The notes under the pieces are model-generated. The model ran no database searches, was not told the origin of the DNA, and was given only the letters and a program-made list of their open reading frames with translations. A program made the position numbers and the translations under genes. Shown one piece after another: positions 46,952 through 60,140 of a stretch of DNA of 64,000 bases (within the stretch, counting starts at the first letter, position 1; every line of letters starts with the position of its first letter). The DNA is from the human T2T-CHM13v2.0 reference genome, Homo sapiens, in the NCBI RefSeq assembly GCF_009914755.1, contig NC_060926.1; one strand, 5' to 3'.

Positions 46952-47108
46952 TTGTATGTTTCCTATTGCTATTATAACAAATTACCACAAAATCAGTGGC
47001 TTAAAGCAACACAAATTTATTATATTACATTTCTGGAGGTCAGAAGCCTGAAAATAGGTCCTACAGGGCTAAAAATCAAGGTTTTGGCAGGCTATGTTCC
47101 TTTTGCTG
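46952..47108 (-). mobile_element. MLT1 LTR fragment
   Basis: TTTCCTATTGCT..TAACAAATTACCACAAA..GTGGCTTAAAGCAACACAAATTTATT. Confidence 0.8.
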
Positions 47109-47561
47109 ACTGATATAAATTGGCAAACCTTGTAATTCTCCTCCAAAGTCAGCCTTTTTACTTGCCTCCTGAGGCCTTTGGGAATCTAACTCTGGTTATG
47201 GGTCTAGAGACAATAAAAGGTGGAGAGATGAGTTTTGAGATGCACTTGCATCCCCTTGCAATACCTTTGAAATGACCATGGCTGAGATCATTACAGATAC
47301 TTCCAACAAGGGAGCTTATTAAAAAAATTCAGATCACTGGAATCTATCTAGAAGTCTCTATTCCAGTTCAGAATTTTATTCTTTCCAATCAATGCCCCAA
47401 CTTTTACAAAAGAATCTAGTGAGCCATGAATCCAAATTTCCTCTAATTCTGCAACCCACAACATCAAAGTTTGGGTCTGATCTTTATCAAAAAAATTAGA
47501 CCCAAAATTTGATGCTGTGGATTGTAGAATTAAACGTAAGTTTCTTTTATGACAATCATAA

Positions 47562-48026
<465 letters not shown>

Positions 48027-48995
48027 TCTGACTGTTTTGAGCCAAAAAATTTACGTCTTGAGTTTTTCATTTTCTTTTTGAATCCTCTCCAATGAAGTCA
48101 GAAGCAGCTGTCCCACCCTAGTGTCCATGTGGTCTGCATATGAATTATCCATATACTCTATATGGATAGAGTAGATTTTTGAAAGTCTCTACCTCTGATA
48201 TTTTTTCCTTCTTGCTTGAAATACCTTGAGGGGCTTTTCTGACTGATAAAGTATTTCAGTACTCTCTATGGATATAATGAATATGCAGATATTCTATATG
48301 GATATAATGGATTAAGCAGCCACTTAATCCCCCAAAGCCTTGCCTTCAACAGGAACTTTATTATAAGCAACTACATGCAGTAATTTAAGTAGCTATTTTC
48401 CCACTATATGCCATGACATACCAATATCTGTTTTTCTCTAATAGGTGAGATTATTGTTGCTTCAAATCTAACCAGATCTAACTCCATATTTGATAACCTG
48501 TTTCTTAGTGCCATATACTTTAGCAGTCAGAAAAGCTCCTCTAGATATTTCAAACAAGAAAGAATAAATCTCAGAGTTAGAGGCTTTCAAAAATGTAGAA
48601 ATGACCAGGGGACTGAAAGTACAGAAATTCTGAGAGGCTATCACCAGCAATCTCAGCTGCCAAGAGCACTAAATGGGTGATTTATAGGAGGCCAGTGAGA
48701 ACATATCTCCTGTTTACCAAAGCACATCCTCTGCTTACCACAGTCCTAGCAGCAATAATGGCTTTTGCTTTTCCTCTGACTTCCAAATCACATGTGAATG
48801 TCATTCATTGAAAGAATATGATGAGGTATCCTACTGTAAGGGATTCTGAAAAATGTAGTTCGATTTCCTAAGATACAGGGAAGAGCACAGAAAATAAAAA
48901 ATTGTGCTGAAATTTTAATAGGTAATTTTGTGCATAATGTTAAAAAGTAAGTTATTTAAGGAAATGATGGTGGCTTTAAAGGATAGGATGGGGTG

Positions 48996-48997
<2 letters not shown>

Positions 48998-49041
<44 letters not shown>
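48998..49041 (+). repeat. (TG)n microsatellite, about 21 units
   Basis: Direct read. Confidence 0.95.
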
Positions 49042-49042
<1 letters not shown>

Positions 49043-49079
49043 TGATGTCCTTACCTAGCAGAATAAAAAGTTGACATCT

Positions 49080-49428
49080 GTGGTGGATATCACTGCCGCA
49101 TAATTCTTTTTCTTTCAGGCCCACTGGGGAATTGCCTTTTCTTGAGTTCCTTGAGGTTAGGTGTGGCTTACTTTCACCAAAAAAATTGGAGTAGAAGTCA
49201 TATGTTTTACTTCCACATATAAGCTTTTAATTGCTCATACTCAATGCCCCACCCCATTGTTTCATTGTTGGAATAATAAATCAAATGTTGGCATGAAGGT
49301 GAAATGCTGAACCATCATTGGAAAATATGAGCTCCAGAGAGCTCCCCTGACACAGAATGGCCTTTGCTTGAGCAAGAAATAAATATTTATTGATTTAAGC
49401 CACATATTTTTGTGGTTTTTTATTGCAA
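49080..49428 (+). mobile_element. MLT1I/J-like LTR
   Basis: GTTAGGTGTGGC..GTAGAAGT..ACTTCC..GAGCAAGAAATAAA..TTTAAGCCAC. Confidence 0.6.
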
Positions 49429-49580
49429 TGAGACATATCTCACCCCAGTTAAAACGGCTTTTGTCCAAAAGTCAGGCAATAACAAATGCTGGTGAGGATA
49501 AGGAGAAACGGGAACCCTCATAAACTGTTGGTGGGAATGTAAATTAGTATAGCTACTACAGAGAACAGTTTGGAGGTTCC

Positions 49581-50051
49581 TCAAAAAACTAAAAATAGGG
49601 GGGTGGTTCCAAGATGGCCAAATAGGAATAGCTCCAGTCTACAGCTCTCAGGGTGAGCGACACAGAAGACGGATGATTTCTGCAATTCCAACTGTGGTAC
49701 CTGGTTCATCTCACTGGGGATTGTTGGACAGTGGGTGCAGGATAGTCGGTGCAGCGCACTGAGCATGAGCCGAAGCAGGGCAAGGCATCGCCTCGCCCAG
49801 GAAGCACAAGGGGTCAGGGAATTCCCTTTCCTAGCCAAGGGAAGCTGTGACAGATGGCACCTGGAAAATTGGGTCGCTCCCACCCTAATACTGAGCTTTT
49901 CTGATGGTCTCAGCAAACGGCACACCAGGAGATTATATCCCGTGCCTGGCTCGGATTGTCCTACGCCCACGGAGCCTCGCTCATTGCTAGCACAGCAGGC
50001 TGAGATCAAACTGCAAGGCGGCAGCAAGGCTGGGGGAGGGGCGCCCGCCAT
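49581..50051 (-). CDS. ORF0: L1 ORF0-like antisense ORF, 156 aa, open through the L1 5' end
   Basis: MAGAPPPALLPPCSLISACCASNERGSVGVGQSEPG matches the primate L1 ORF0 N-terminus; ATG in GCAATGG context; expression unknown. Confidence 0.6.
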   Translation of the reverse strand: MAGAPPPALLPPCSLISACCASNERGSVGVGQSEPGTGYNLLVCRLLRPSEKLSIRVGATQFSRCHLSQLPLARKGNSLTPCASWARRCLALLRLMLSALHRLSCTHCPTIPSEMNQVPQLELQKSSVFCVAHPESCRLELFLFGHLGTTPLFLVF

Positions 50052-50500
50052 TGCCGAGGCCTGAGTAGGTAAACAAAGCAGCTGGGAAACTCGAACTTGG
50101 TGGAGCCCACCGCACCTCAGGGAGGCCTGCCTGCCTTTGCAGACTCCACCTTTGGGGGCAGGGCATAGCCAAACAAAAGGCAGCAGAAACCTCTGCAGAC
50201 TTAAATGTCCCTGTCTGACAGCTTGGAAGACAGTAGTGGTTCTCCCAGCACACAGCTTGAGATTTGAGAATGGACAGACTGCCTCCTCAAGTGGGGTCCT
50301 GACCCCCGAGTAGCCTAACTGGGAGGCACCCCCAAGTAGGGGTAGACTGACACCTCACACGGCCGGGAACCCCTCTGAGACAAAACTTCCAGAGGAACAA
50401 TCAGGCAGCAACGTTTGCTGTTCACCAATGTTCGCTGTTCTGCAGCCTCCGCTGGTGATACCCAGGCAAACAGGGTCTGGAGTGGACCTCCAGCAAACTC
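49598..50500 (+). promoter_or_regulatory. L1PA 5'UTR internal sense promoter (YY1 motif CAAGATGGCC at about 49610) and antisense promoter region
   Basis: Complete L1PA 5'UTR with residual CpGs; activity not testable from sequence. Confidence 0.6.
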
Positions 50501-51334
50501 CAACAGACCTGCAGCTGAGGGTCCTGATTGTTAGAAGGAAAACTAACGAACAAAAAGGACATCCACATCAAAACCCCATCTGTACATCACCATCATCAAA
50601 AACCAAAGTAGATACAACCACAAACATGGGGGAAAAACAGAGCAGAAAAACTGAAAATTCTAAAAATCAGAGTGCCTCTCCTCCTCCAAAGTAACGCAGC
50701 TCCTCACCAGCAACAGAACAAAGCTGGACGGAGAATGACTTTGACGAGTTGACAGAAGAAGGCTTCAGATGATCAAACTTCTCCGAACTAAAGGAGGAAG
50801 TTCGAACCCATGGCAAAGAAGTTAAAAACCTTGAAAAAGATTAGACAAATGGCTAACTAGAATAACCAATGCAGAGAAGTCCTTAAAGGACCTGATGGAG
50901 GTGAAAACCATGGCACGAGAACTACATGACGAGTGCACAAGCTTCAGTAGCGGATATGATCAACTGGAAGAAAGGGTATCAGTGATGGAAGATCAAATGA
51001 ATGAAATGAAGTGAGAAGAGAAGTTTAGAGAAAAAAGAATAAAAAGAAAAAAACAAAGCCTCCAAGAAATATGGGACTATGAGAAAAGACCAACTCTACG
51101 TCGGATTGGTGTACCTGAAAGTGACTGGGAGAATGGAACCAAGTTGGAAAACACTCTGCAGGATATTATCCAGGAGAACTTCCCCAATCTAGCAAGGCAG
51201 GCCAACATTCAAATTCAGGAAATACAGACAACGCCACAAAGATACTCCTCGAGAAGAGCAACTCCAAGACACATTTGTCAGATTCGCCAAAGTTGAAATG
51301 AAGGCAGAAATAAGACGTTCTTTGAAACCAATGA

Positions 51335-51511
<177 letters not shown>

Positions 51512-51514
51512 TGA

Positions 51515-52156
<642 letters not shown>

Positions 52157-52191
52157 TAGCAACCATCAAAAAGCTTATCCACCATGATCAA

Positions 52192-53673
52192 GTGGGCTTC
52201 ATCCCTGGGATGCAAGGCTGGTTCAACATATGCAAATCAATAAACGTAATCCATCATACAAACAGAACCAAAGACAAAAACCACATGATTATCTCAATAG
52301 ATGAAGAAAAGGCCTTTGACAAAATTCAACAACCCTTCATGCTAAAAACTCTCAATAAACTAGGTATTGATGGGACATATCTCAAAATAATAAGAGCTAT
52401 TTATGACAAACCCACAGCCAATATCATACTGAATGGGCAAAAACTGGAAGCATTCCCTTTGAAAGCTGGCACAAGACAGGGATGCCCTCTCTCACCACTC
52501 CTATTCAACATAGTGTTAGAAGTTTTGGCCAGGGAAATCAGGCAAGAGAAAGAAATAAAGGGAATTCAAGTAGGAAAAGAGGAAGTCAAATTGTACCTGT
52601 TTGCAGATGACATGATTGTATATTTAGAAAACCCCATCATCTCAGCCCAAAATCTCCTTAAGCTGATAAGCAACTTCAGCAAAGTCTCAGGATACAAAAT
52701 CAATGTGCAAAAATCACAAGCATTCTTATACACCAGTAACAGACAAACAGAAAGCCAAATCATGAGTGAACTCCCAGTCACAATTGCTTCCAAGAGAATA
52801 AAATACCTAGGAATCCAACTTACAAGGGGTGTGAAGAACCTCTTCAAGGAGAACTACAAACCACTGCTCAACAAAATAAAAGAGGATACAAACAAATGGA
52901 AGAACATTCCATGCTCATGGATAGGAAGAATCAATATCATGAAAATGGCCATAGTGCCCAAGGTAATTTATAGATTCAATGCCATCCCCATCAAGCTACC
53001 AATGACTTTCTTCACAGAATTGGAAAAAACTACTTTAAAGTGCATATGGAACCAAAAAAGAGCCCACATTGTCAAGTCAATCCTAAGCCAAAAGAACAAA
53101 GCTGGAGGCATCATGCTACCTGACTTCAAACTATACTACAAGGCTACGGTAACCAAAACAGCATGGTACTGGTACCAAAACAGACATATAGACCAATGGA
53201 ACAGAACAGAGCCCTCAGAAATAATGCCACACATCTACAGCTATCTGATCTTTGACAAACCTGACAAAACAAGAAATGGGGAAAGAATTCCCTATTTAAT
53301 AAGATGGTGCTGGTGCTGGCAAAACTGGCTAGCCATATGTAGAAAGCTGAAACTGGATCCCTTCCTCACATCTTATACAAAAATTAATTCAAGATGGATT
53401 AAAGACTTAAATGTTAGACCTAAAACCATAAAAACCCTAGAAGAAAACCTATGCAATACCATTCAGGACATAGGCATGGGCAAGGACTTCATGTCTAAAA
53501 CACCAAAAGCAATGGCAACAAAAGCCAAAATTGACAAATGGGATCTAATTAAACTAAAGAGCTTCTGCACAGCAAAAGAAACTACCATCAGAGTGGACAG
53601 GCAACCTACAGAATGGGAGAACATTTCTGCAATCTACTCATCTGACAAAGGGCTAATATCCAGAATCTACTAA
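52192..53673 (+). pseudogene. L1 ORF2p reverse transcriptase fragment (493 aa open)
   Basis: [38 protein letters not shown]; flanked by stops and frameshifts. Confidence 0.95.
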
Positions 53674-55124
53674 GAACTCAAACAAATTTACAAGAAAAAA
53701 ACAAACAACCCCATCAAAAAGTGGGCGAAGGATATGAACAGACACTTCTCACAAGAAGACATTTATGCAGACAACAGACACGTGAAAAAATGCTCAACAT
53801 CACTGGCCATCAGAGAAATGCAAATCAAAACCACAGTGAGATACCATCTCACACCAGTTTGAATGGGGATCATGAAAAAGTCAGGAAACAACAGGTGCTG
53901 GAGAGGATGTGGAGAAATAGGAACACTTTTACACTGTTGGTAGGACTGTAAACTAGTTCAACCATTGTGGAAGACAGTATGGTGATTCCTCAGGGATCTA
54001 GAACTAGAAATACCATTTGACCCAGCAATCCCATTACTGGGTATACACCCAAAGGATTATAAATCATGCTGTTATAAAGACACATGCACATGTATGTTTA
54101 CTGCAGCACTATTCACAATAGCAAAGACTTGGAACCAACCCAAATGTCCATCAATGATAGACTGGATTAAGAAAATGTGGCACATATACACCGTGGAATA
54201 CTATACAGCCATAAAAAAGGATGAGTTCATGTCCTTTGTAGGGACATGGATGAAGCTGAAAACCATCATTCTCAGCAAACTATTGCAAGGACAAAAAACC
54301 AAACACCACATATTCTCACTCATAGGCGGGAACTGAACAATGAGAACACTTGGACACAGGAAGGGGAACATCACACACTGGGGCCTGTTGTGGGGTGGGG
54401 GGAGATGGGAGGGATAGCATTAGGAGATATACCTAATGTAAATGACGAGCTAATGGGTGCAGCACACCAACATGGCACATGTATACGTATGTAACAAACC
54501 TGCACGTTGTGCACATGTACCCTAAAACTTAAAGTATAATAAAAAAAAAAAGAAATTACTTAGTGGGTACACCGTACACTATTCACTCAAATCCCAGACT
54601 TCACCACTATGCAGTATATCCATGTAACAAAACTGTACCTGTACCTCTTAAAATAAAGAAAAAAAACTAAAAATAAAGCTACCATACAATTGAGAAATTT
54701 CACTGCTGTGTATATACCCAAAAGAAAGGAAATCAGTATATTGAAATATCTGCACCCCCATGTTTGTTACAGCACTGTTTACAATATCCAAGATTTAGAA
54801 GCAACCTAAGTGTCCATCAAGAGATGAGTGGATACAGAAAATGTGGTACTTGTACACAGTGAAGTACTATTCAGCCATTAAAAATGAATGAGACCTCGTC
54901 ATTTGCAACAACCTAAATGGAACTGGAGGCCATTATGTTAAGTGAAAAAAGCCATGCACAGAAAGACAAACATTGCATGTTCTCACTAATTTGTGGGATC
55001 TAAAAATTAAAACAATTGAATTCATGCAACTAGAGAATAGAAGGATAGTTACCAGAATTAGGAGGTTAGCGAATGAGTGAGGGGGAGGTGGAAATAGTTA
55101 ATGGGTATAAAAAAAAAAATAGGG

Positions 55125-57935
55125 TTGATCTGGCAAGATGGCCAAATAGGAACAGCTCTGGTCTGCAGCTCCCAGAAAGACAAATGCAGAAGGCAGGCAA
55201 TTTCTGCATTTCCAACAGAGGTTCCCAGTTCATCTCACTGGGTCCGGTTAGGCAGTGGGTGCAGCCCATGGAGGGTGAGCAGAAACAGGGTGGGGTGTTG
55301 CCTCACTTAGGAAGTACAAGGAGCCGAGGGACCTCCTTCCCCCAGCCAAAGGAAGCCATGAGGGACTGTGCTACCCGGCCTTAATACTACGCTTTTCCCA
55401 CAGTTTTTGCAACCGGCAGATCAGGAAATTCCCTTGTGTGCCTACACCACCAGGGCACCAAGTTTCAAGCACAAAACTAGGCGGCTGTTTGGGATGACAC
55501 TGGGCTAGCGGCAGGAGCCCTTTTTCATACCCCAGTGGTGCCTGGAACTCCAGCAAGACAGAACTGTTCACTCCCCTGGAAAGGGGCTCAAGCCAGGAAG
55601 CCAAGTTGTCTCACTCAGTGGGTACCACACCTATGGAACGTAGCAAGCTAAGAACCACTAGCTTGAAATTCTCACTGCCAGCACGGCTGTCTGAAGTTGA
55701 CCTGGGACTATCGAGCTTGGCTGGGCGAAGGGCATCCACCATTACTGAGGCTTTAGTAGGCAGTTCTCCCCTGACAGTGCTAAGGAGGCCAGGAGGGTTG
55801 GACTGGGCGGAATTCACCACAATGCAGCAAAGCAGCTGTGGCACAACTGCCTCTCTAGATTGCTCCTCACTGGGTGGGGCATCTCTGAAAAAAAAAGGCA
55901 GCAGCCCAGTCAGGGACTTACAGATAAAACTCCCACCTCCCTGGGACAGAGCACCTGGGGGAAGGGATGGCTGAGGTCACAGCTCCAGCAGACTTAAACT
56001 TTCCTGCCTGCCTGCTCTGAAGAGAGCAGCTGATCCTGAAAAGGAGGATTCTCCAAGCACAGTGAGCGAGCTCTGCTAAGGGACAGACTGCCTCCTCAAG
56101 CAGGTTGCTGACCCCTGTGCCTCCTGACTGGGAGAGACCTCCCAACAGGGGTCGATTGACACCTCATACAGGACAGCTCCAGCTGGCATCAGGCCGGTGA
56201 CCCTCTGGGATAAAGCTTCCAGAGGAAGGACCAGACAGCAATCTTTGCTCTTCTGCAACCTCCACTGGTGATACCCAAGCAAACAGGGTCTAGAGTGGAC
56301 CTCGAGCAAACTGCAGCAGGCCTACAGAAGAGGGGACTGACTGTTAGAAGAAAAAGAGAAAAAACTAACAGAAAGCAACAACATCAACATCAACAAAAAA
56401 AGACCCCCATACAAAAACCCCACCCAAAGGTAATCAGCCTCAAAGATCAAAGGTAGATAAATCCATGACGACGAGGAAAAACCAGCACAAAAATGCTGAA
56501 AATTCCAAAAACCGGAGTGCTTCTTCTCCTCCAAATGATCACAATGCCTCTCCAGCAAGGGCACAAAACTGGACAGAGAATGAGATTTACAAATTGACAG
56601 AAGTAGACTTCAGAAGGTGGTTAATAACAAACTCCTTTGAGCTAAAGGAACATGTTCTAACCCAACGCAAACTAAGAACCTTGATAAAAGGTTACAGGAC
56701 CTGCTAACTAGAATAACCAGTTTAGAGACGAAAATAAATGACCTGATTAAGCTGAAAAACATAGCATAAGAACTCCATGAAGCATACACAAGTATCAATA
56801 GCCGAATTGATCAAGCAGACTAAAGGATATCAGAGATTGAAGACCAACTTACTGAAATAAGGCATGAAGACAAGGTTAGAAAAAAAAGAATAAAAAGGAA
56901 TGAACAAAGCCTCCAAGAAACACAGGACTATGTGAAAAGATCAAACCTACGTTTGATTGGTGTTCCTGAAAGTGATGGGGAGAATGGAATCCATTTGGAA
57001 AACAAACTTCAGGATATTATCCAGGAGAATTTCCCCAACGTAGCAAGACAGGCCAACATTCCAATTCAGGAAATACAGAAAACCCCACTAAGATACTCCT
57101 CGAGAAGAGCAACCCCAAGACACATAATTGTCAGATTCTCCAAGGTTGAAATGAAGGAAAAAATGTTAAGGGCAGCCAGAGAGAAATGTCAGGTTACCCA
57201 CAAAGGGAAGCCCATCAGACTAACAGCAGATCTCTCTGCAGAAACCCTACCAGCCAGAAGAGAGTGGGGGCCAATATTCAACATTCTTAAAGAAAAGAAT
57301 TTTCAACCCAGAATTTCATATCCAGCCAAAATAAGCTTCATAAGCAAAGGAGAAATAAAATCTTTTACAGACAAGCAAATGTTGAGGGATTTTGTCACCA
57401 CTAGGCCTGCCTTACAAGAGCTCCTGAAGGAAGTACTAAATATGGAAAGGAAAATCTGGTACCAGCCACTGCAAAAACAAACCAAAATATAAAGAACAAT
57501 GACACTATGAAGAAGCTGCATCAACTAATGTGCAAAATAACCATGTAGCATCATGATGACAGGATCAAATTCACACACCTAACAATATTAACCTCAAATG
57601 TAAATGGGCTAAATGCCCCAATTAAAAGATACAGACTGGCAAATTGGATAGAGTCAAGACCCATCAGTGTGCTGTATTCAGGAGACCCATCTCACGTGCA
57701 AAGACACAGGCTCAAAAAAAAGGGATAGAAGAATATTTACCAAGTAAATGGAAAGCAAAAAAAAAAAAGAGCAGGAATTGCAATCCTAGTCTCTGATAAA
57801 ACAGACTTTAAACCAACAAAGATCAAAGAAGACAAAGAAGGGTATTACATAATGGTAAAGGGATCGATGCAACAAGAAGAGCTAACTATCCTAAATATAT
57901 ATGCACCCAATACAGGAGCACCCAGATTCCTAAAA
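55125..57935 (+). mobile_element. L1PA7/8-like element: 5'UTR, ORF1, start of ORF2
   Basis: GGCAAGATGGCCAAATAGGAACAGCTCTGGTCTGCAGCTCCCAG; ORF1 C-terminal half 56932-57492 (RATPRHIIVRFSKVEMKEKMLRAAREK..YPAKISF). Confidence 0.93.
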
Positions 57936-58863
57936 TTTGTTTGCTATTGCTTCTCTAGTTCTTTTAATTGCAATGTTCGGGTGTTGATTTCAGATCTTTT
58001 CAGTTTTCTGATGTGGACATTTAGTGCTACAAATTTCCCTCTTAACACTGCTTTAGTTGTGTCCCAGAGATTCTGGTATGTTGCCTCTTTGTTCTCATTG
58101 ATTTCAAAATACTTATTTCGGCCTTAATTTCGTTTTTTACCCAGTATTCCTTCAGGAGCAGGTTGCTCAATTTCCATGTAGTTGTGCAGTTTTGAGTGAG
58201 TTTCTTAATTCTGAGTTCTAATTTGATTGCACTGTGGTCTCAGAGACTGTTATGATTTCCATTCTTTTGCATTTGTTGAGGAGTGTTTTACTTCCATGTA
58301 TGTGGTCGATTTTAGGATAAATGCTATGTGGTGCTGAGAAGAATATAAATTCTGTTGATTTGGGGTGGAGAGTTCTGTAGATGTCTATTAGGTCTGCTTG
58401 GTCCAGAGCTGAGTTCAAGTCCTGAATATCCTTGTTAATTTTCTGTCTCATTGATCTGTCTTATATTGACAGTGGGGTGTTAAAGTCTCCCACTATTATT
58501 GTGTGGGAGTCTAAGTCTCTTTGTAGGTCTCTAAGAACTTGTTTTAGGAATCTGGGTGCTCCTGTATTGGGTGCATATATATTTAGGATAGTTAGCTCTT
58601 CTTGCTGCATCGATCCATTTACCATTATGTAATACCCTTCTTTGTCTTCTTTGATCTTTGTTGGTTTAAAGTCTGTTTTATCAGAGACTAGGATTACAAT
58701 TCCTGCTTTTTTTTTTTTTTTTTTTTTTGCTTTCCATTTACTTGGTAAATATTCTTCTATCCCTTTATTTTGAGCCTGTGTCTTTGCATGTGAGATGGGT
58801 CTCCTGAATATAGCACACCGATGGGTCTTGACTCTATCCAATTTGCCAGTCTGTGTCTTTTAA
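57936..58863 (-). mobile_element. Inverted segment of the same L1 ORF2 EN region, partly duplicating 57622-57935
   Basis: Minus-strand EN peptides 58461-58841 and 58218-58451; shares private variants with the sense copy. Confidence 0.93.
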
Positions 58864-59543
58864 AAATTTAATGACTGCCCTGCTGGGCTTTGGACTATAT
58901 GGGGCCTGTAGCCCCTTTGTTTTGGCCAATTTATCCCTTTTGGAATAGGAGTATTTACCCAATGCCTGTACCTCTTTTGTATCTTGGAAATAACTAACTT
59001 GTTTTTTATTTTACAGGCTCATAGGCAGAAGAGACTAACCTTGTCTCAGATGAAACTTTGGACTTTTGAGTTAATGCTAGAATGAGTTAAGACTTTGGAG
59101 GACTGTTGGAAAAGCAGGATTGTATTTTGCAATGTGAGAGGACATGAGATTTGGGAGAGGCCAGGGGTGGAATGATATAGTTTGCATCTGTGCCCTGACC
59201 CAAATCTCATGTTGAATGGTAATTCCCAATATTGGAGGTGGGGCCTTGTGGGAGGTGATGAATCACGGATGCTATTCTCATGATAGTGAGGGACTTCTCA
59301 CAAGATCTAGTTGTTTAAAAGTGTGTGATACCTCCCCCATCTCTCTTTCTCCTGTTCCAGTCATGTAAGACATGCCTGCTTTCCCTTTGCCTTCCACCAT
59401 GATTGGAGCTTTCCTGAGGTCCCCCAGAAGCTGTCATGCATTCTGTACAGCCTGTAGAACCATGAGCCAATTTAACCTTTTTTCTTTTTAAATTACCCAG
59501 TATCAGGTATTTCTTTATAGCAGTGCAAGAATGGACTAATTTA
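58864..59543 (+). mobile_element. MST internal 3' end plus 3' LTR (LTR about 59173-59543)
   Basis: ATTTAATGACTGCCCTGCTGGG..GGCCAGGGGTGGAA then TGATATAGTTTG..CTTTATAGCAGTGCAAGAATGGACTAAT. Confidence 0.9.
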
Positions 59544-59757
59544 AGATCCCTGATGGGAGATGATGAATAGGGCATTACAAGGAGGAAAGAAGAAATCATC
59601 AAAAGTATGGCAATCAAAAGGAACATGATATATTGAGGAAAATAATAACCAAACCAGTTTGGAGGGAGCAGAAGTTTTTTTCAGGGAAGTAGTAGGAGAT
59701 AAGGTTGGATGGTTGATTGAGACAGAAATCTGGGAGCCCTTAAAGATCAAGCAGAGA

Positions 59758-60140
59758 CTTATTTGTGGGATATAAAAATTAAAACAATTGAAATCTTAGA
59801 GACAGAGAGTAGAAGGGTGGTTACCAGAAGCTGGGAAGGGTAGTGGGGGCCTGGGGGAGAGGTGGGCGTGGTTAATGGGTACAAAAAAACAGAAAAAATG
59901 AACAATACCTACTATTAGATAGCACAACAGGGTGACTATAGTCAATAATAACCTAATTGTATTTTAAAATAACAAAAAGAATATAATTGGATTGTTTGTA
60001 ACACAAAAGATAAATGCTTGAGGGGATGCATACCCCATTCTCCACGTTGTGATTATTATGCATTGCATGCCTGGATCAAAATATCTCATGTACCACATAA
60101 ATATATACAAATACCCACAAAAATTATGATTTTAAAAAAA
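59758..60140 (+). mobile_element. 5'-truncated L1MA2/3-like 3' end inserted in an L2 remnant
   Basis: GATAGCACAACAGGGTGACTATAGTCAATAATAA; degenerate TSD AAAGATCAAGCAGAGA / AAAGACCAATCAGAGA. Confidence 0.85.

Noticed and set aside
52192-53673. 493-aa RT ORF as an active or novel reverse transcriptase system
   Set aside because: Ordinary L1 ORF2 fragment; EN is deleted and stops or frameshifts flank it
57936-58863. Twin-priming 5' inversion
   Set aside because: Orientation order is reversed, there is no poly(A) or TSD, and about 315 bp is duplicated
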